Made by a program: the position numbers and the translations under genes
NCBI GenBank assembly: GCA_000934665.2
Contig: JYFJ02001397.1
Coordinates: 61,439 to 81,438 of the forward strand
DNA: 20,000 bases
From: Catajapyx aquilonaris
Taxonomy: Eukaryota
Reading direction: 5' to 3'
The notes under the pieces: model-generated
Databases searched by the model: none
Told to the model about the DNA's origin: nothing
Seen by the model: only the letters and a program-made list of their open reading frames with translations
Part shown: positions 16,606-20,000 of the stretch, in pieces
Position numbering within the stretch: the first letter of the stretch is position 1
Layout of the letters: each line of letters opens with the position of its first letter

Positions 16606-17365
16606 TTAGAGTTGAAAATTTTTTAGTTCTGCAACCAATTTGTGGCACTCTATCTGCACGCTCTTCATCTGCATAGAGAACCAGAGTCAGCATGAGTATG
16701 TTAAAGTAATGATATTGATACAACCTTTTGTATGTGTTGGAGCATTGCGTCTTGCTGTTGCTTGTTGGAGATATCGCTGTACTTGCCACTGGTTGATATT
16801 TCTGCCATTGCCATTTGAAACATGTGATCCAGCTCTTTCTCTTTGACCTGCATCTTACAGTCCACCTCATCCTGGCTAATGTTTTTGACAACACAATTGC
16901 GACAGTGCTTCACAGAGGGGTTAAGATTCGCAATATCTTTGCGAGAGAAGATATGGCTGTACTTTGGATCAGTTGCATAAGGAACAGGATCTGAAATTAA
17001 TTTCATTAAAAAAAATACACATATGTGTTATGAAGTTGAGGCATCTGGAAGCACTAACAGGTGAAAATATTATGCATAGTAATTGCTGTTGCTATTGGGG
17101 CGGCATGGTGGTCTAGCGGTTACGCCGCTGGCCAGCCAAGCGGGAGGCCGGGGTTCAAATCCCTTCCCCATCACCTCTGCTTGGCTGGGTCTTTTTCCGC
17201 TTTTCTCCCGACATGCCGGAGCAGAATTGCACTCCCTTCTCTGCTCGGGGCCAGGAGAAAAGGCCTGGTGTTAAAGAATGTCAGAAATGGCTATCGCACG
17301 GCGCCCTCCCTTGGGAACTTCCCCTTCCTCCCTAAGAGAGCCACGAGCTCTATCACGGGGTAACA

Positions 17366-17422
<57 letters not shown>

Positions 17423-18472
17423 TAATAATAATAATAATAAATTGCTGTTGCTATTGTTGCTATAGACAAATTGCACTGTACAGTACACTATCATTTTCAT
17501 GTGTTTGTGAATCCAGCACATTGGAGATACATCATGTCAAAAGTAAGCTCAGATTTAATGTTGATGGACATGGCTAAGAGGCAAACTGGACTTCACCGTA
17601 CCCTGCCTCAGGTTATAAAAATTATATCCAAGTATTGCTTCTAACTGGTAATTATTACAGGAATGTAAAATGAGCTACTGTATAATCGCAGGAAAGCTTC
17701 AGTGAGACCTGTGAATAATGTGTAACTTGCCAGATGTCTTGATTCAATGCTGTGCCATGAGGCAAAGCATGTGCTACTTCCCATCCTAGCATGCACACTG
17801 AAGGTGAAAGTACATGTCTGATGTTAAATTTCCTCGGCTCAAGATTCTAAATATAGTGAAATTTTTCTGTAGCTTTTCCTGGAGAGAGGCTGATGTCATC
17901 AGTGAGGTCACACCCCTCTCCTGCTGAACCTCCCCAAGGAGGTGAGAGAGGTAGAGAGGAGAATGACATCAGCGCCTCTCCAGAAAAATGGAAGACAAAA
18001 AAATGCATGATTTTGAGATATTGCAGCTGGCTTCACAGAACATTGTCCCAATTTTAGTATATCTACTGCTGAAGCACAGTTTCACAACACATTATCCTCA
18101 CATATACTAACCATTGAGAAATTCAACCTGCCAAGCATTTGATGAGTATATCCTGTTGTATTGCTTCCGTGTCAAGGTCATACTTCTCTAAATCAATACC
18201 ACCCTAATTCTGATTTTACTTACTACACTTGGGAAGGTTTTTTGCAGGCCTGATACATTCCTTGCACTTCCTTCTAAAATCTTCCAAAGACCGCTTGTTC
18301 CTGCCAAAATATTTTTCTAGTTATTGCATAAATTTCTTTTGTGTATCATTTCATTACTCACTTAAGTGCCTGCACACGAGCTTCAGTCCGTGTGTTTTGT
18401 ATGTACTTCTTGACCCGCTCATGCTCCATCATTAACATATTCTGAAGCTTCTCAATTGAAGGGCCTTCCCAC
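16606..18472 (-). CDS. 3' exons of an unrecognised protein (helical/coiled-coil-like, two CxxC motifs); 5' part unresolved
   Basis: Phase-compatible exons 18472-18362, 18300-18224, 16990-16725, 16668-16606 give WEGPSIEKLQNMLMMEHERVKKYIQNTRTEARVQALKNKRSLEDFRRKCKECIRPAKNLPKCNPVPYATDPKY...HCRNC...LQHIQKMKSVQIECHKLVAELKNFQL*. Introns of 56-61 bp resemble the short introns of neighbouring genes. Minus-strand AATAAA at 16572-16577. A further upstream exon may end at 19011. Confidence 0.65.
17098..17439 (+). mobile_element. Full-length tRNA-derived SINE with (AAT)n tail and 17-bp target-site duplication
   Basis: A box TGGTCTAGCGG, B box GGTTCAAATCC, (AAT)n tail at about 17366-17439; TSD AATTGCTGTTGCTATTG at 17081-17097 and 17440-17456. 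Confidence 0.9.
17874..17988. repeat. Imperfect inverted repeat, probably a decayed MITE
   Basis: TTTTCCTGGAGAGAGGCTGATGTCAT ... ATGACATCAGCGCCTCTCCAGAAAAA, with weaker pairing extending outward. Confidence 0.5.
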
Positions 18473-18708
18473 CTGCACAATTAATTGAAGAAATACTCCA
18501 GCTATAATAATTATACAATCAGTGTTTAGTAAGCCAAAGATATGTACAAACACTGTAGGCTAGAGCCATTAATAATTTGATGTGATATGTGAAAACAATT
18601 GATGTAAGAATTTGATAGGGCCCATGTGGAAGGCTACTGATTTTGTTACATAAACTTGATGAGTGTCACGTCTCATTTGTATACAATTTCGACAACATGG
18701 TCCAGTAA

Positions 18709-18921
18709 GGGGTCGTCCATATACCACGTGACCGTTTTGGGGGGAGGGGGGGGGGTNAGGAGCTACCATATTCGATCGAGTTTTTTCTGATAACATTGAC
18801 ATTTTAAAAAACCACGTGAAAAACGGGGGGGTGTTCCAATGGATACCACGGTCGGTCACTGGGGGGGAGGGGCGGGTCAAAAAGTGGCCAAAAGTCGGTC
18901 ACGTGGAATATGGACGACCCC
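18709..18921. mobile_element. PIF/Harbinger (Tourist-like) MITE (213 bp)
   Basis: 26-bp TIRs GGGGTCGTCCATAT(A/T)CCACGTGACCG with one mismatch; TAA on both flanks. Confidence 0.88.
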
Positions 18922-20000
18922 TAACTTGCCTAGTAGTAGCAAGTTAAAACTAGGGAGGTTCGTTGTGGACACCCGTACACTCACTCAGAAGGGAACTGTT
19001 TGTCCATTACTTGGTAGGTTCACTTATTATTATCAGTCCTACAATTCTGTTCACACCATGTGTAGGTTTCTGTCTTTCTCTATACTCGGTTGAGTTGTCT
19101 GACTCTGAATTAGTTCCTTCACACTGCAGGTCTTCAGAACAAGCACATGTGGTTTTCACTTGGAGGCCAGGAGAAGCAAGAGTTTTCGCAACTGTGACAA
19201 GACTACGTAGTCTTTCTCCCATGGTGCCTGCTAAAGGACTTGAACCTCCAGACTCTAGAGGTGAGAGCCTGCTGTGGACTCCTTGGCCATTATTTCATAC
19301 AAGGTCCCAATTCTGTGCTACTAGGCATACGGTGAGATTGACATTTACACCCATCTACAGCCTGCAGTGTTGTGTATAATGGCAGTGTATATTCAGTCCT
19401 TTGGCATAAAATGTGGTATGGAAACTTGTCCTATATTAATTGCTTCAAGAGTACGGGTTCGTGAGGATGGAATATTTATCATATTGATGAGTTAGTTGCA
19501 CAAGTAGCATAAGAAAAATCAAATTATGTACGTATATAAAGTAGTAATTTGACTCCCTTATTTTTTTAGGGAAATAGGGAAATTCAGCCCTAGTCTTCCA
19601 TCACACATTTTCCAGGCATAACCCAAATTTTAAGTTGGAAACCTATGTAGTTACAGCATTGATTTACAGCCTCTAAGGTCCTCGTCAGATCACCAGTTTA
19701 CTTACCCATTGCATAATTACCCTGGCAATTGCTCTAAAATGTTACAAGTAAACAACAATCTACCCTTGAGTAAGTTATGTGTCCATATCAAGACATGGGT
19801 CCTTGATGCTCCAACTCATCTTTCTTTTTCTCTAATACATATTTTAAGACCTATGTCTGTCTTTTGTCACCTAAACAGATCCATACGGAGGCCTCCACAT
19901 ATTCCCCAGGGGTATCACCAGGGGTAGTTTTTTACCGGGAATAACATAGGCACATTGGAATTGACCTCCGAGGTCATCCTTGGCCACAGGAGGCGAAAAG

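Noticed and set aside
17291..17521. ORF with poly-Leu/poly-Ile run
   Set aside because: Antisense translation of the SINE (AAT)n tail.
18188..18223. 36-nt intron leading to an extra exon in the unrecognised minus-strand gene
   Set aside because: Much shorter than other introns in the window (56 nt or more); direct splicing to the 16990 acceptor already keeps the frame.

Overview
Eukaryotic genomic DNA, probably from an arthropod or other invertebrate, that is gene-dense and intron-rich. Left to right it holds: (1) the 3' portion of eRF1/ETF1 (+), which has two paralogous, equally long, in-phase terminal coding exons (7022-7101 and 8212-8291) encoding alternative C-terminal tails; (2) a tRNA-His(GTG) gene (-); (3) two tandem small secreted single-CBM14 (peritrophin-A type) genes (+), both ending in IDPR; (4) a 6-exon DYRK/HIPK-like CMGC kinase-fold gene (-) whose catalytic loop reads HANLTPSN, so it is a predicted pseudokinase, with two LIR-like motifs at its N-terminus; (5) HtrA2/Omi (+), head-to-head with the kinase; (6) the 3' end of an unrecognised gene (-), convergent with HtrA2. 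The introns carry an internally deleted hAT element, Tc1/mariner-, pogo- and PIF/Harbinger-type MITEs and two tRNA-derived SINEs. All exon structures were inferred by hand from GT-AG sites, phase continuity and protein motifs; no searches were run.
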